Origin: Candidatus Lustribacter sp.
GTDB taxonomy: Bacteria; Vulcanimicrobiota; Vulcanimicrobiia; Vulcanimicrobiales; Vulcanimicrobiaceae
Assembly (NCBI GenBank): GCA_965277805.1
Contig: OZ255842.1
Coordinates: 512,001-576,000 of the forward strand
Direction of reading: 5' to 3'
Length of the DNA stretch: 64,000 nucleotides
The translations under genes were made by a program, and so were the position numbers. A model generated the notes under the pieces. The model worked only from the letters and a program-made list of their open reading frames with translations, was not told the origin of the DNA and made no database searches. Shown here one piece after another: positions 28,501-38,843 of the stretch. How positions within the stretch are numbered: the stretch's first letter is position 1; every line of letters starts with the position of its first letter.

Positions 28501-29835
28501 ATGAAACCGATCCACTGCGTCGCCCTCTTCGCGCTCTGCGCAATGGTCGCGGGTTCCGGCGGCCGCCTGGCGGCGCAAACGTCCGATATCAGTCTGCTCG
28601 ATCTGGTGGAAACCGAGTTCGGCTATACGACGATCAGCGACCAGTATCAACAGCCGGTTGCGCCGCAACGATTGCTCGACGGCGCGCGCGTAGGCCTCGT
28701 TGCCTATCTGCGTTCGCGCGGGATCGCGCAGCCGAACGTCGGCGTCATGCATGCGCACCCCGATGGTCGCGGCGCCGTGCCCGCCATCGAGCAGCAGATC
28801 GGTCTCGCGATCCAACGTTACGGCACGCGTGTCAGCGCGCTCGCGCTCGTCTACGCCGCGATTCGCGGCGAGGTCGCGGCGCTGAACGATCCGTACTCGG
28901 TGTTCTTCACGGCCAAAGACGTGAAGGGCTTCAGCGCGGCGATCGACGGCACGGCATTCGGCGGCATCGGCGTGCAGCTGGCATACGACGATGCGACCAA
29001 GCAATGGCGCGCGGATACCGTCTTCGACGGAAGTCCGGCGGCCAAGGCGGGCCTGCTGGCGGGCGACGTGCTCGCCTCCGTCGACGGCACGAGCCTCAGC
29101 GGTCTCGACAACGCGCACATCGAGGCGCTCTTGCGCGGTGCGATCGGGTCGACCGTGCACCTCGCGATCGTTCGTAACGGTGCCCCGCTGGCTGCGCCGC
29201 TGACGATCGTGCGCGCTGCGGTCACGCCGCCCGACGTGACGCAGCGGCTCTTGCCCGGCGGCGTGGGCTACGTGGCACTGCGTTCGTTTTCGCAAGACGC
29301 GGGCACGAAAGTGCGCGACGCGCTGCTGGCGCTCGCGAAGCTAGGTGCGCGCGCGTACGTCTTCGATTTGCGCGGCAATGGCGGCGGCTATGAGAGCGCG
29401 GCCGTGCACGTGGCGTCGGCGTTCATTGCCGACGGGCCGATCGTGGCCAACGCGGGGCGCGACGGCAAACGGCGCGTGTCGGATGCCGACGGCAATGCCG
29501 TGCCCAAGCTGCCGCTCGCGGTGCTGGCCGATCACGATTCGGCCTCGGGAGCGGAGCTCGTGGCGGGCGCGATTCAGGATCGGCACGCCGGCACGCTGAT
29601 CGGAACGCGCACGTTCGGCAAAGGCCTCGCGCAGACGATGTTTCAGTTGCCCGACGGATCGGCCATCAAGTTGACGACGGCGCGCTACTATACCGCCGGC
29701 GGACGGTTCATCGACAAGATCGGATTGCAGCCCGATATTCCCGTCGATGAGCCGGCCGGCTCGCAGCCGGGCGTCCCGGGAGCGGATCCGCAGCTCGACC
29801 GCGCGCTGGAATTGCTCCTGCGGCCTGGTGTATGA
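28501..29835 (+). CDS. ctpA: S41 carboxy-terminal processing protease with PDZ domain
   Basis: LNDPYS, FGGIGV, SPAAKAGL, DLRGNGGG, SASGAE, TFGKG, TTARYYT. Confidence 0.92.
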   Translation: MKPIHCVALFALCAMVAGSGGRLAAQTSDISLLDLVETEFGYTTISDQYQQPVAPQRLLDGARVGLVAYLRSRGIAQPNVGVMHAHPDGRGAVPAIEQQIGLAIQRYGTRVSALALVYAAIRGEVAALNDPYSVFFTAKDVKGFSAAIDGTAFGGIGVQLAYDDATKQWRADTVFDGSPAAKAGLLAGDVLASVDGTSLSGLDNAHIEALLRGAIGSTVHLAIVRNGAPLAAPLTIVRAAVTPPDVTQRLLPGGVGYVALRSFSQDAGTKVRDALLALAKLGARAYVFDLRGNGGGYESAAVHVASAFIADGPIVANAGRDGKRRVSDADGNAVPKLPLAVLADHDSASGAELVAGAIQDRHAGTLIGTRTFGKGLAQTMFQLPDGSAIKLTTARYYTAGGRFIDKIGLQPDIPVDEPAGSQPGVPGADPQLDRALELLLRPGV

Positions 29836-29842
29836 TAGGCGG

Positions 29843-30712
29843 ATGACCACGCCAGCCGCGTCTCGAGGCGCAGACTTCGTCCTCACGCTTTCGTGCGCCG
29901 ACATCGTCGGCATCGTGCACGCCGTTTCGGGCTTCCTCGTCGAACACGGCTGCAACATCGTCGACAGCGCGCAGTTCGGCGATCCGGATACGCAGCGGTT
30001 CTTCATGCGGGTGGCGTTCGCGTCCGGCGACGCGCTGGTGGGCGAGCTGCAAACGGCATTCGCGCCGGTCGGGCAACGCTTCGATATGGCCTACGAGATC
30101 CGCGACTTGAGCGTGAAGCCGCGCGTCGCGATTATGGTCTCGCGGTACGGACACTGCCTGAACGATCTGCTCTTCCGCTACGGCTCGGGCGATCTGCAGG
30201 TCGAGATCCCTGCCATCATTTCGAATCACCAAGATTTCGCCGGCCTCGCCGCGTCCTACGAGATCCCGTTCCACTACATTCCGGTATCGGCGGAAACCGC
30301 GCCGGCTGCTGAAGCGCAGCTACTCGAAATTCTCGAGCGCGAACGAGTGGATCTGCTCGTGCTCGCGCGCTACATGCGTATTCTCTCCGACGCCACGTGC
30401 CGGCGTTTGACCGGACGCGCGATCAATATCCACCATTCGTTTTTGCCGAGCTTCAAGGGTGCGAACCCCTACGCGCAGGCCTATGCGCGGGGCGTGAAGC
30501 TGATCGGTGCCACTGCCCACTACGTCACGAGCGACCTCGACGAAGGCCCGATCATCGAGCAGGACGTCGAGCGCGTCGATCACGCCTCGTCGGTGGCCGA
30601 TTTCGTCGCGATCGGGCGTGATATCGAGAGCCGCGTGCTGGCGCGTGCGGTGAAGTTCCACGTCGCCCAGCGCGTGCTGCCGAACGGCCCGCGGACCGTC
30701 GTCTTCCGCTAG
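29843..30712 (+). CDS. purU: Formyltetrahydrofolate deformylase
   Basis: ACT domain SCADIVGIV, HCLNDLL, VLARYM, INIHHSFLPSFKGANPY, GVKLIGATAHYVT, DEGPIIEQ. Confidence 0.96.
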   Translation: MTTPAASRGADFVLTLSCADIVGIVHAVSGFLVEHGCNIVDSAQFGDPDTQRFFMRVAFASGDALVGELQTAFAPVGQRFDMAYEIRDLSVKPRVAIMVSRYGHCLNDLLFRYGSGDLQVEIPAIISNHQDFAGLAASYEIPFHYIPVSAETAPAAEAQLLEILERERVDLLVLARYMRILSDATCRRLTGRAINIHHSFLPSFKGANPYAQAYARGVKLIGATAHYVTSDLDEGPIIEQDVERVDHASSVADFVAIGRDIESRVLARAVKFHVAQRVLPNGPRTVVFR

Positions 30713-30731
30713 AATGGGTAAAAGCACCGGT

Positions 30732-31078
30732 ATGAAGCGCTGCGCACTGGTCCTCTCGATTCTCATCGCCGCTGCGACGGCCGTCCCAGCCGTTGCTCAG
30801 ACGGCCCGCCCGACGCCGACGTCGCCGGCCAACTATGCCAAGGTTCACCACGTCTCGACCCTCACGAATCCGGGCAGTCAGCGGAACAAGGTGCTCCCGA
30901 TGAACGGCGCCGGCTGCACGAGCGGGGTGATGGCGAACCGCGCCCAGTTGGCGGTCAACCCGATCAACGGTCAGGCGCAGGCCGCGCCGATCGTCTCGAT
31001 CCCGCTCACCAAAGGCGGCGGCAGCATAGCCGACGCCACGACGCGGGAGCAGCAAGCACACGCCTGCGCCCATACGCG

Positions 31079-31082
<4 letters not shown>
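30732..31082 (+). CDS. Hypothetical secreted protein with two Cys in the mature part
   Basis: Signal peptide MKRCALVLSILIAAATAVPAVA-Q; fills the gap; good codon usage. Confidence 0.65.
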
Positions 31083-32320
<1,238 letters not shown>

Positions 32321-32358
32321 GGGGGAGATTCCGCGCGCGCCTGGCAAGATTTCCTACC

Positions 32359-33729
32359 ATGGCAAGCGTCGATAGCGGAAGAATTCTTGATCCCACCTCG
32401 GTGTTGGCGCGCCTCGCGCGCATCCCGGGTTCTCCCTGGCACGTTCGCGCTCGGCTGATCCTCGGCATCGCGACGTTCTTCGACGGCTTCGACTTGCTGA
32501 CGATCAGCTTTGCGCTGCCGGCATTCGCGGAATCGTGGCATATGACGCCGGGCCAGATCGGTCTCGTCATCTCCTCGGCGTTCTTCGGTCAACTGATCGG
32601 CGCGCTGTGCGCCGGCTGGGCGGCTGAACGCTTCGGCCGCCTGCCGGTCGTGGCGGTTGCGGTCGGGTCGTACGCGCTGATGGCGATCGGATGCGCGCTG
32701 GCGTGGAGTCCACTGGCGCTGACCGTTTTCCGCTTCGTGCAGGGCCTGGGTCTGGGTGCGGAAGTGCCGATTGCGACGACCTACGTCAACGAGATCGCGC
32801 CGGCGCAGTCGCGCGGGCAATTCTACGTGTTTTACGAGCTGATCTTCGTCATCGGTTTGATCGCGGCCGGCGTCGGCGGCGCGGCGATCGTACCGCACTT
32901 CGGCTGGCAAGTGATGTTCTACATCGGCGCGCTGCCGCTGCTGCTCGCGTTCGTCTTGACGCACCTGCTGCCGGAATCACCGCGCTGGCTCGTCTCGCGC
33001 GGGCGGATCGCCGAAGCCGACGCCGTGGTCACGCAGATCGAGACGGCCGTCACCGCTTCCGGCCGCGAACTGCCGCCGCCCGAACTGCACGTGACCGTTC
33101 CGGCGCGCGAGAAGGCGCAGGTTGCGGAACTCTTTCGCGGCATCTACCGGCGCCGCACGTTCTGCGTGTGGGCGTTGTGGTTCTGCTGTTTCTCGACGAC
33201 ATACGGCCTCGCCACCTGGCTGCCGACGCTCTACAAGACCGTGCTCCACTTGAGCCTGCAGCAGTCGCTGAACTTCGGCTTGATCACGCAACTGGTGGGC
33301 ATCTGCGGTTCGGTCTTGTTGGCGATCCTCGTCGATCGGGTCGGACGCAAGCCGCTGCTCGCGCTCGGCTTCTTGGGCGGCGGCGTGGCGCTGATCGCGC
33401 TGTTCCTCACCGGCGTCACGACCGCGACGTCGATGCTGATCTTCGTATCGATCGGCACGTTCTTCATGGCCGCGGTCTCGATCGGTCTGAACCTCTACAC
33501 GCCCGAACTCTATCCGACGCGCATCCGCGCGCTCGGCAACAGCATCGGCGGCGCATGGCAGCGTGTCGCCGCCGGCATCGGTCCGAACGTCGTCGCCGGC
33601 CTACTCGGCGCCTACGGCCTGCGTTCCGTCTTCGTGTACTTCGGCATCCTCGCACTCGCCGGCGCCGCCCTCACCTGGGCCTTCGCCACCGAAACCAAAG
33701 GCCAAACCCTCGAAGAGTTGTCACCCTAA
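32359..33729 (+). CDS. MFS transporter, aromatic acid / SV2-like metabolite:H+ symporter
   Basis: FFDGFD, AERFGR, RFVQGLGLGAE, LPESPRWL, ELYPTRIRA, ETKGQTLE. Confidence 0.9.
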   Translation: MASVDSGRILDPTSVLARLARIPGSPWHVRARLILGIATFFDGFDLLTISFALPAFAESWHMTPGQIGLVISSAFFGQLIGALCAGWAAERFGRLPVVAVAVGSYALMAIGCALAWSPLALTVFRFVQGLGLGAEVPIATTYVNEIAPAQSRGQFYVFYELIFVIGLIAAGVGGAAIVPHFGWQVMFYIGALPLLLAFVLTHLLPESPRWLVSRGRIAEADAVVTQIETAVTASGRELPPPELHVTVPAREKAQVAELFRGIYRRRTFCVWALWFCCFSTTYGLATWLPTLYKTVLHLSLQQSLNFGLITQLVGICGSVLLAILVDRVGRKPLLALGFLGGGVALIALFLTGVTTATSMLIFVSIGTFFMAAVSIGLNLYTPELYPTRIRALGNSIGGAWQRVAAGIGPNVVAGLLGAYGLRSVFVYFGILALAGAALTWAFATETKGQTLEELSP

Positions 33730-33738
33730 CTCCCGGAC

Positions 33739-33813
33739 GCGACCGCGAAGGTGGGAGCAGTGGTTACTAAATGTGGACTCGCGTTACTCCACTGCTCGCG
33801 CCTTCGCGCTCGC
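33739..33813. other. Long imperfect inverted repeat / structured element between convergent genes
   Basis: GCGA-C-CGCGAAGG-TG-G-GAGCAGTGG ... CCACTGCTC-G-CG-CCTTCGCG-C-TCGC. Confidence 0.75.
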
Positions 33814-33825
33814 ACTCAGTAGGAG

Positions 33826-33878
33826 AGATCGCGGCGCGTTCCTCGTCTGCGCACCTCCGGTGCTTCGCTCGGAATGAC
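33826..33878 (-). repeat. REP-like palindromic element (GTCATTCCGAGCG...CGAGGAA type)
   Basis: Minus strand reads GTCATTCCGAGCGAAGCACCGGAGGTGCGCAGACGAGGAAC with inner hairpin GCACC-GGA-GGTGC. Only one copy in the window. Confidence 0.5.
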
Positions 33879-33886
33879 CAATAGTG

Positions 33887-35014
33887 TTAGGGCCAGATTT
33901 CTTTGGCGGTGTCGACGACGAGTTTTAGTTTGGCCCATTGGTCTTCGGGGGTGATGATGTTGCCTTCGACGACGCTGGCGAAGCCGCACTGCGGGCTGAT
34001 GCCGAGGTTGTCGAGCGGAACGTATTGCGTTGCTTCCTCGACGCGGCGCAGGAGGGTGTCGCGTTTTTCGAGTTCGCCACGCTTCGACGTAACGAGGCCG
34101 AGCACGACGCGTTTATCTTTGGGCATGAAACGGAGCGGCGCGAAATCACCGGAACGGTCGTCGTCGTATTCGAGCAAGAAGTGGTCGCACCGGAGGCCGC
34201 CAAAGAGCGCCTCGGCGATGCGTTCGTAACCGCCTTCGGCGATCCACGCCGAGCGCGCGTTACCGCGGCAGACGTGAATGCCGATTGCGGTTCCGGCGCC
34301 GCGTTCGGCGATGCATTCGTTGATGAGCTTCACGTATCGGCTTAGGCGCTCTTCGGGCACGTCGCCGTTGGCGATCACCTCGGCCCGCATGCGTTCGGAG
34401 ATGAAGTAGGAGAAGAGCGGATCGTCGATCTGGATGTAGCGGCAGCCGGCCGCCTCGAGGTCGGCGATCTCGGCGCGATATGCGCGCACGACGTCGGCGA
34501 AGAACTCTTCGATGTCGGGATAGGCGGTGTCGGAGACGACGCGCCGGCCGCCGTGAAAGTGCAGCCGCGAGGGCGAGGGGATCGTGATCTTCGCCGTGCG
34601 TTCGGTGACGCTCGCGAGAAAGGTGAAGTCGCGTACGAGGATTGGTTCCGGCCGCCGCAACGGCCCGACGGTCACGACGTTCTTCGGCACGTAGTGGACG
34701 GTGCTCGCCGGATCGTGCGCGAAAGCCGGGTTCTGTTCGGCCGCGCGAATCTCGACGCCGCCGAGCCGGCCGATGAAGTCCGCATACCAGTTCTCGCGGC
34801 GGAACTCGCCGTCGGTGATGATCTCGAGACCGACTCGCTCCTGGCCGACCACGACGTCGTGGATCGCCGCGTCCTCGACCGCGCGTAAACGGGCAGCGTC
34901 GATCTCGCCGCGCTCGAACGACTCGCGGGCCGCGAAGACCTCGGCCGGCCGGAGCAAACTGCCGACGTGGTCGGCGCGAAAAAACGGCTTTGTGCGGGTC
35001 GCGGTACTCGTCAT
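33887..35014 (-). CDS. Cobalamin-independent methionine synthase II family protein (single catalytic domain)
   Basis: FRADHVGSLLRP, TDGEFRR, IQIDD, HVCRGN, LLEYD, SPQCGFAS. Start ATG 35014. Confidence 0.9.
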   Translation of the reverse strand: MTSTATRTKPFFRADHVGSLLRPAEVFAARESFERGEIDAARLRAVEDAAIHDVVVGQERVGLEIITDGEFRRENWYADFIGRLGGVEIRAAEQNPAFAHDPASTVHYVPKNVVTVGPLRRPEPILVRDFTFLASVTERTAKITIPSPSRLHFHGGRRVVSDTAYPDIEEFFADVVRAYRAEIADLEAAGCRYIQIDDPLFSYFISERMRAEVIANGDVPEERLSRYVKLINECIAERGAGTAIGIHVCRGNARSAWIAEGGYERIAEALFGGLRCDHFLLEYDDDRSGDFAPLRFMPKDKRVVLGLVTSKRGELEKRDTLLRRVEEATQYVPLDNLGISPQCGFASVVEGNIITPEDQWAKLKLVVDTAKEIWP

Positions 35015-35066
35015 CCGACGCCGCTTTGCCGGGCATGGTAGGACCGGCCTGCCTCGTGCCCAACGA

Positions 35067-35540
35067 ATGGGGGCTGTGCGCGAGTTGTCTGCGTCCGTCC
35101 CGGTCAAGGCGCCAAGCGGTTTCGCGCTCGCCTTTTTGAATACGTACGTGCGCGATCGCGCCGGCGTCGACGGCGATGCCTGCCTGCCGCTACGGTACAC
35201 CATCACCCAACTCGCCGGACTCACCCTCGAGCGCGACGTCGCCGTTCGCGTTCAGTACGTGCTGCAAGGGCAAGACGTTCCTGCAACGCTGGACATCGCG
35301 TGGGAACCCGACGCGAGTATCTTCCCGAGTTTCAAGGGCACGCTGCACGCCGATCCGACGGGGAAAGCCGAGTGTGTGCTCGGCATCGACGGGGAGTACG
35401 ATGCCCCGGGCGGCGTGGCCGGCCAGCTTTTTGACGCCGTCATCGGCGTCCGGATCGCGCAAGGTACGCTGGTCCAGTTGCTCGAGCAGTTCCGCGATGC
35501 GATCGAAGACGATTACAAGAAACGGATGGAATTTGCGTAA
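35067..35540 (+). CDS. Hypothetical protein, possibly SRPBCC/START-like fold
   Basis: IAWEP..FPSFKGTL...GEYDAPGGVAGQLFDAVIGVRIA pattern; fills the gap. Fold call is tentative. Confidence 0.6.
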   Translation: MGAVRELSASVPVKAPSGFALAFLNTYVRDRAGVDGDACLPLRYTITQLAGLTLERDVAVRVQYVLQGQDVPATLDIAWEPDASIFPSFKGTLHADPTGKAECVLGIDGEYDAPGGVAGQLFDAVIGVRIAQGTLVQLLEQFRDAIEDDYKKRMEFA

Positions 35541-36531
35541 CCTGGTCTGCCTCATCACGCTGCTCGGCTCGATCGCGCTGCTCGCTCCGGCTGCGCGCGC
35601 GGCCGACGACGTCAGCATCGGAATGGTCCGCCTGCCGACCGCGATCTTCATTGCCATCGACAAAGGCTTCTTTGCCGCCGAAGGCCTGAACGTCACGCCG
35701 CAGTATTCTCAAAACGGCGCCGAGATCGTGCCCGAGCTTGCCACCGGCAAGATCGACGTCGGGTTTGCATCGCCCGGTGCGTCGCTGTTCAACGCGCTCG
35801 CGATCGGGGTCGATGCGAAGATCGTCGCCGATCCATGGGTCGCACCGCGCACCGCGGGAACGAACGACTACGCCTTCATCGATGTGCGTAAGGATCTCGA
35901 CGCCGGCGGCGCATTCAAGCCGCGGGATGCGAAGGGCCTCACGTTCGCGATTACCGCGCACGGACAGATGACCGAGCTGTTTGCGGCCGCCTATCTGCAG
36001 AGCGGCGGACTCTCGCTCGCCGACGTGCACGTGGTCGAGTTGCCGTTTCCGGCCATGGAGGCGGCGATGCAAAATCATGCGATCGATCTCGCCGCGTCGA
36101 TCGAGCCATATCCGACGCTCGGCGCGCGCAGCGGCGCGAGCGTCAAGGCGGCCGGGATCACCACGCTGATGCCGGGCTACGTGCAGGCCGTGCTGATGTA
36201 CGGCAGCCGGCTGGGGAAGAGCCGGCGCGACATCGGCGTGCGCTTCATGCGCGCGTACGAACGCGCCAACGCGTTTTTGCTGCACAACCTCGCGACCCGC
36301 GTAGGGCGCGCCGAACTCGCGCGTATCTATCAGAAGTACATCCCGCTCGACGATCCGTCGGTCTACCTCGAGACCGGGCTGCCGGCCGGACCGGCCGATC
36401 TGTCGGTCGACATCGACGGTCCGTTTGCGCTGCGCTGGCAGATGCAGCAATACGTGACGCAAGGTTTGGTGAAGACGGTGTCCGATCTCAAGAGCGCCGT
36501 CGACAACAGCTTCGTGCGAGCGGCCAAATGA
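35533..36531 (+). CDS. ABC solute-binding protein, NitT/TauT type
   Basis: Signal peptide from TTG 35533; IAIDKGFFAAEGL, LATGKIDV, IEPY. Confidence 0.82.
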   Translation: MRNLVCLITLLGSIALLAPAARAADDVSIGMVRLPTAIFIAIDKGFFAAEGLNVTPQYSQNGAEIVPELATGKIDVGFASPGASLFNALAIGVDAKIVADPWVAPRTAGTNDYAFIDVRKDLDAGGAFKPRDAKGLTFAITAHGQMTELFAAAYLQSGGLSLADVHVVELPFPAMEAAMQNHAIDLAASIEPYPTLGARSGASVKAAGITTLMPGYVQAVLMYGSRLGKSRRDIGVRFMRAYERANAFLLHNLATRVGRAELARIYQKYIPLDDPSVYLETGLPAGPADLSVDIDGPFALRWQMQQYVTQGLVKTVSDLKSAVDNSFVRAAK

Positions 36532-37556
36532 GACGCAACCGCTTTATCGGGCAGAGCGCGCTTGCGCTCGCGGGGGCCGCGCTCGCGCCGCAGGCGGTGC
36601 TGGCGGCCGATGAAGTCAAGGTCGGGATGCTGCGGCTGCCGACCGCCTTGCTCACCGGCATCGATCAGGGATATTTCAGCGCCGAGAACATCGACGTCAA
36701 GCCGGTGTTCTTCAACACCGATGCCGAAATCGTGCCGGCGCTCTCGAGCGGGCAGGTCGACGTCGCGGGCACCGCGCCCACGGCCGACCTTTTCAATGCA
36801 CTGACGCTGGGCGTGAATGCAACGATCGTTGCCGATTACTGGACGACGCCGAAGGATCTGCCGACGGGCGATTCCGCCTTCATCATGGTGCGCAAGGATC
36901 TCGCGCCGTACGGCACCTTCAAGCCGCAGGACGTGAAGAGCCTCACGCTCGCCGTCACCGGGCACGGCCAGATGGGCGAGCTGTTTGCAACCGAGTATCT
37001 GCAGACGCAGCATCTGCCGACCAGCAACGTAAACTTGGTCGATATGCCGCTTGCCGACATGAACGCGGCGTTTGTGAACCACGCCATCGACATGGCCTCG
37101 AGTATCGATCCGTACGCCACGCTGCTCGTGCAGCAAGGCACGGCGGTGAAGGCAGCTGCGCTCTCGACGCTGATGCCGGGCTACGTCCGGGGTGTGATCT
37201 TGTACGGCCAGCGCATCGGGAAGGCCGATAAGCCGCTCGGGGTGCGCTTTCTGCGCGCATTGTCCAAAGCCAACACCTCGCTCCGCGCACAACTGGCGAC
37301 GCCGGCCGGACGCACCACCGTCGCCGCGATCTATCAGAAGTACATCCCGCTCACCGACCCCACGCTCTATGCGCGCATCGGCCTAGCGACCGGTCCCGAC
37401 GACCCGAAAGTCGACGTTGAGAGCAAGTACGCCCTGCGCTGGCAGATGGAACGTTACGTGTCGGAGGGTCTGGTCACGCAGCGGCCCGATCTCAACAAGT
37501 CGATCGACCACACGTTCGCCGCGCCGCTCGCGCCCGTTCCCGTCCCCAAGAAGTAG
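36528..37556 (+). CDS. ABC solute-binding protein, NitT/TauT type (tandem paralog, Tat-like signal)
   Basis: Shares GMxRLPTA, GQMxELFA, TLMPGYV, IYQKYIPL, ALRWQM with the preceding gene; N-terminus MRRNRFI. Confidence 0.85.
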   Translation: MRRNRFIGQSALALAGAALAPQAVLAADEVKVGMLRLPTALLTGIDQGYFSAENIDVKPVFFNTDAEIVPALSSGQVDVAGTAPTADLFNALTLGVNATIVADYWTTPKDLPTGDSAFIMVRKDLAPYGTFKPQDVKSLTLAVTGHGQMGELFATEYLQTQHLPTSNVNLVDMPLADMNAAFVNHAIDMASSIDPYATLLVQQGTAVKAAALSTLMPGYVRGVILYGQRIGKADKPLGVRFLRALSKANTSLRAQLATPAGRTTVAAIYQKYIPLTDPTLYARIGLATGPDDPKVDVESKYALRWQMERYVSEGLVTQRPDLNKSIDHTFAAPLAPVPVPKK

Positions 37557-38744
37557 TCAGTGCTCGTCCGGATCGTGGACGGCCGGATAGGTTGCGATCT
37601 CGCGGTTGCGCAACTCGTTCCCGTGCCGCTCGACGCGGAGCACGTAGACGTCTTGGACGATGTCGCGCGTCTGTGGATCGATTGCGATCGGACCGCGCGG
37701 GCTATCGAATTTCGTTGACTTGAGCACGGCCATCGTGCGGTCGAGCGAGAGCGGGCCGGCGGGCGTCGTTTGCGAGACGTTATAGATGGCATGCATGGCG
37801 TCATAGATCCCCACCGCCGCTTGACTCGGGGGCTGCGCGTCCGCGCCGTAGACGTCCTTGAAAACCTTGACGAACTCCGTGTTGAGGCGCGAAGGATGGT
37901 CCTGATCGTACATGTTCGAGCTGATCACACCCAGCGCGGCTTCACCCGTGCCGGGGAGACGCTCGTCACTGACCATATCGCCGTTGGCGAGGATCGTGAT
38001 GCCGGCTTTCTGCACGCCGCCCTGATACGCGGTGCGGATGAATGCCGGGCCGGAGTCGCCGACCATAAAGACATAAACCGCATCCGGCTTCGTATCGCGA
38101 ATGCGCTGGACGTATGCGGAGAACTCGCGGGCCGTGAACGGCACCGCGATCTTGCCGAGCACCTTGCCGCCACCAGCGGTGAATCCATGCTCGAACGTTG
38201 CGGCGGCGTCGAGTCCGGGCCCGAAGTCGGCATAGACGATCATCGCCGTTTTGATGTTCTGCTTCAGCGCCCAGGTTACGAGCGGCGCCGTCAGTTGCCC
38301 GTTCGTGAAGCTGAATCGCGTGGTGTACGGATTCGCGGCGAGGATGCCGGCCGTCGACGCGTTTGAGATCAGGAGCGGCACTTTCGCGGCGGTCGATATC
38401 GCACTGACCGCGATGGCGTTCGGCGTGAAGAGCAACCCGGCAAGCAGATCGACGTGCTCTTGGACGATCAGCTCCTGTGCAAGCCGCTTAGCCACGTCGG
38501 GATTCGCGCCGCCGTCGTCGCGCCGGATCAGCACGATCTTTCGTCCGCCGGCGACTTCGCCGTGCTGCTTCACCCAAGCAGCGACGCCCGCGTCGAGCTG
38601 TTTGTCGGCCGGCGCTCCCGTTCCGGTAAACGAGTAGATGACGCCGACCTTGAGAACCGGCATCTCTTGCGCAGTGCCGCGCGTGCTGCAAACGACTGCG
38701 GCAAAGAACACGGCGAGAGCGGCGAGACGGCTGCGATCGATCAC
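37557..38744 (-). CDS. ABC solute-binding protein, Liv/aromatic-compound type
   Basis: IRRDDGG.NPDVAKRLAQELIV, FDSPRGPIAIDPQTRDIVQ. Confidence 0.88.
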   Translation of the reverse strand: MIDRSRLAALAVFFAAVVCSTRGTAQEMPVLKVGVIYSFTGTGAPADKQLDAGVAAWVKQHGEVAGGRKIVLIRRDDGGANPDVAKRLAQELIVQEHVDLLAGLLFTPNAIAVSAISTAAKVPLLISNASTAGILAANPYTTRFSFTNGQLTAPLVTWALKQNIKTAMIVYADFGPGLDAAATFEHGFTAGGGKVLGKIAVPFTAREFSAYVQRIRDTKPDAVYVFMVGDSGPAFIRTAYQGGVQKAGITILANGDMVSDERLPGTGEAALGVISSNMYDQDHPSRLNTEFVKVFKDVYGADAQPPSQAAVGIYDAMHAIYNVSQTTPAGPLSLDRTMAVLKSTKFDSPRGPIAIDPQTRDIVQDVYVLRVERHGNELRNREIATYPAVHDPDEH

Positions 38745-38843
38745 GTAACAACGTCCTTCCTGAAGGGTGCGTGCGCCTCGTGGAGGACTTCAGGTGGTTC
38801 ATTCTAAGCCCTTTCGTGCGGTTTCCGCTTTGGAGGCGATGCG

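Noticed and set aside
33739-33813. Classic Rho-independent terminator
   Set aside because: No poly-U tract on either side and the stem and loop are much longer than usual; kept as an unexplained structure instead.
33887-35014. Canonical metE
   Set aside because: Only about 375 aa; no N-terminal folate-binding barrel.
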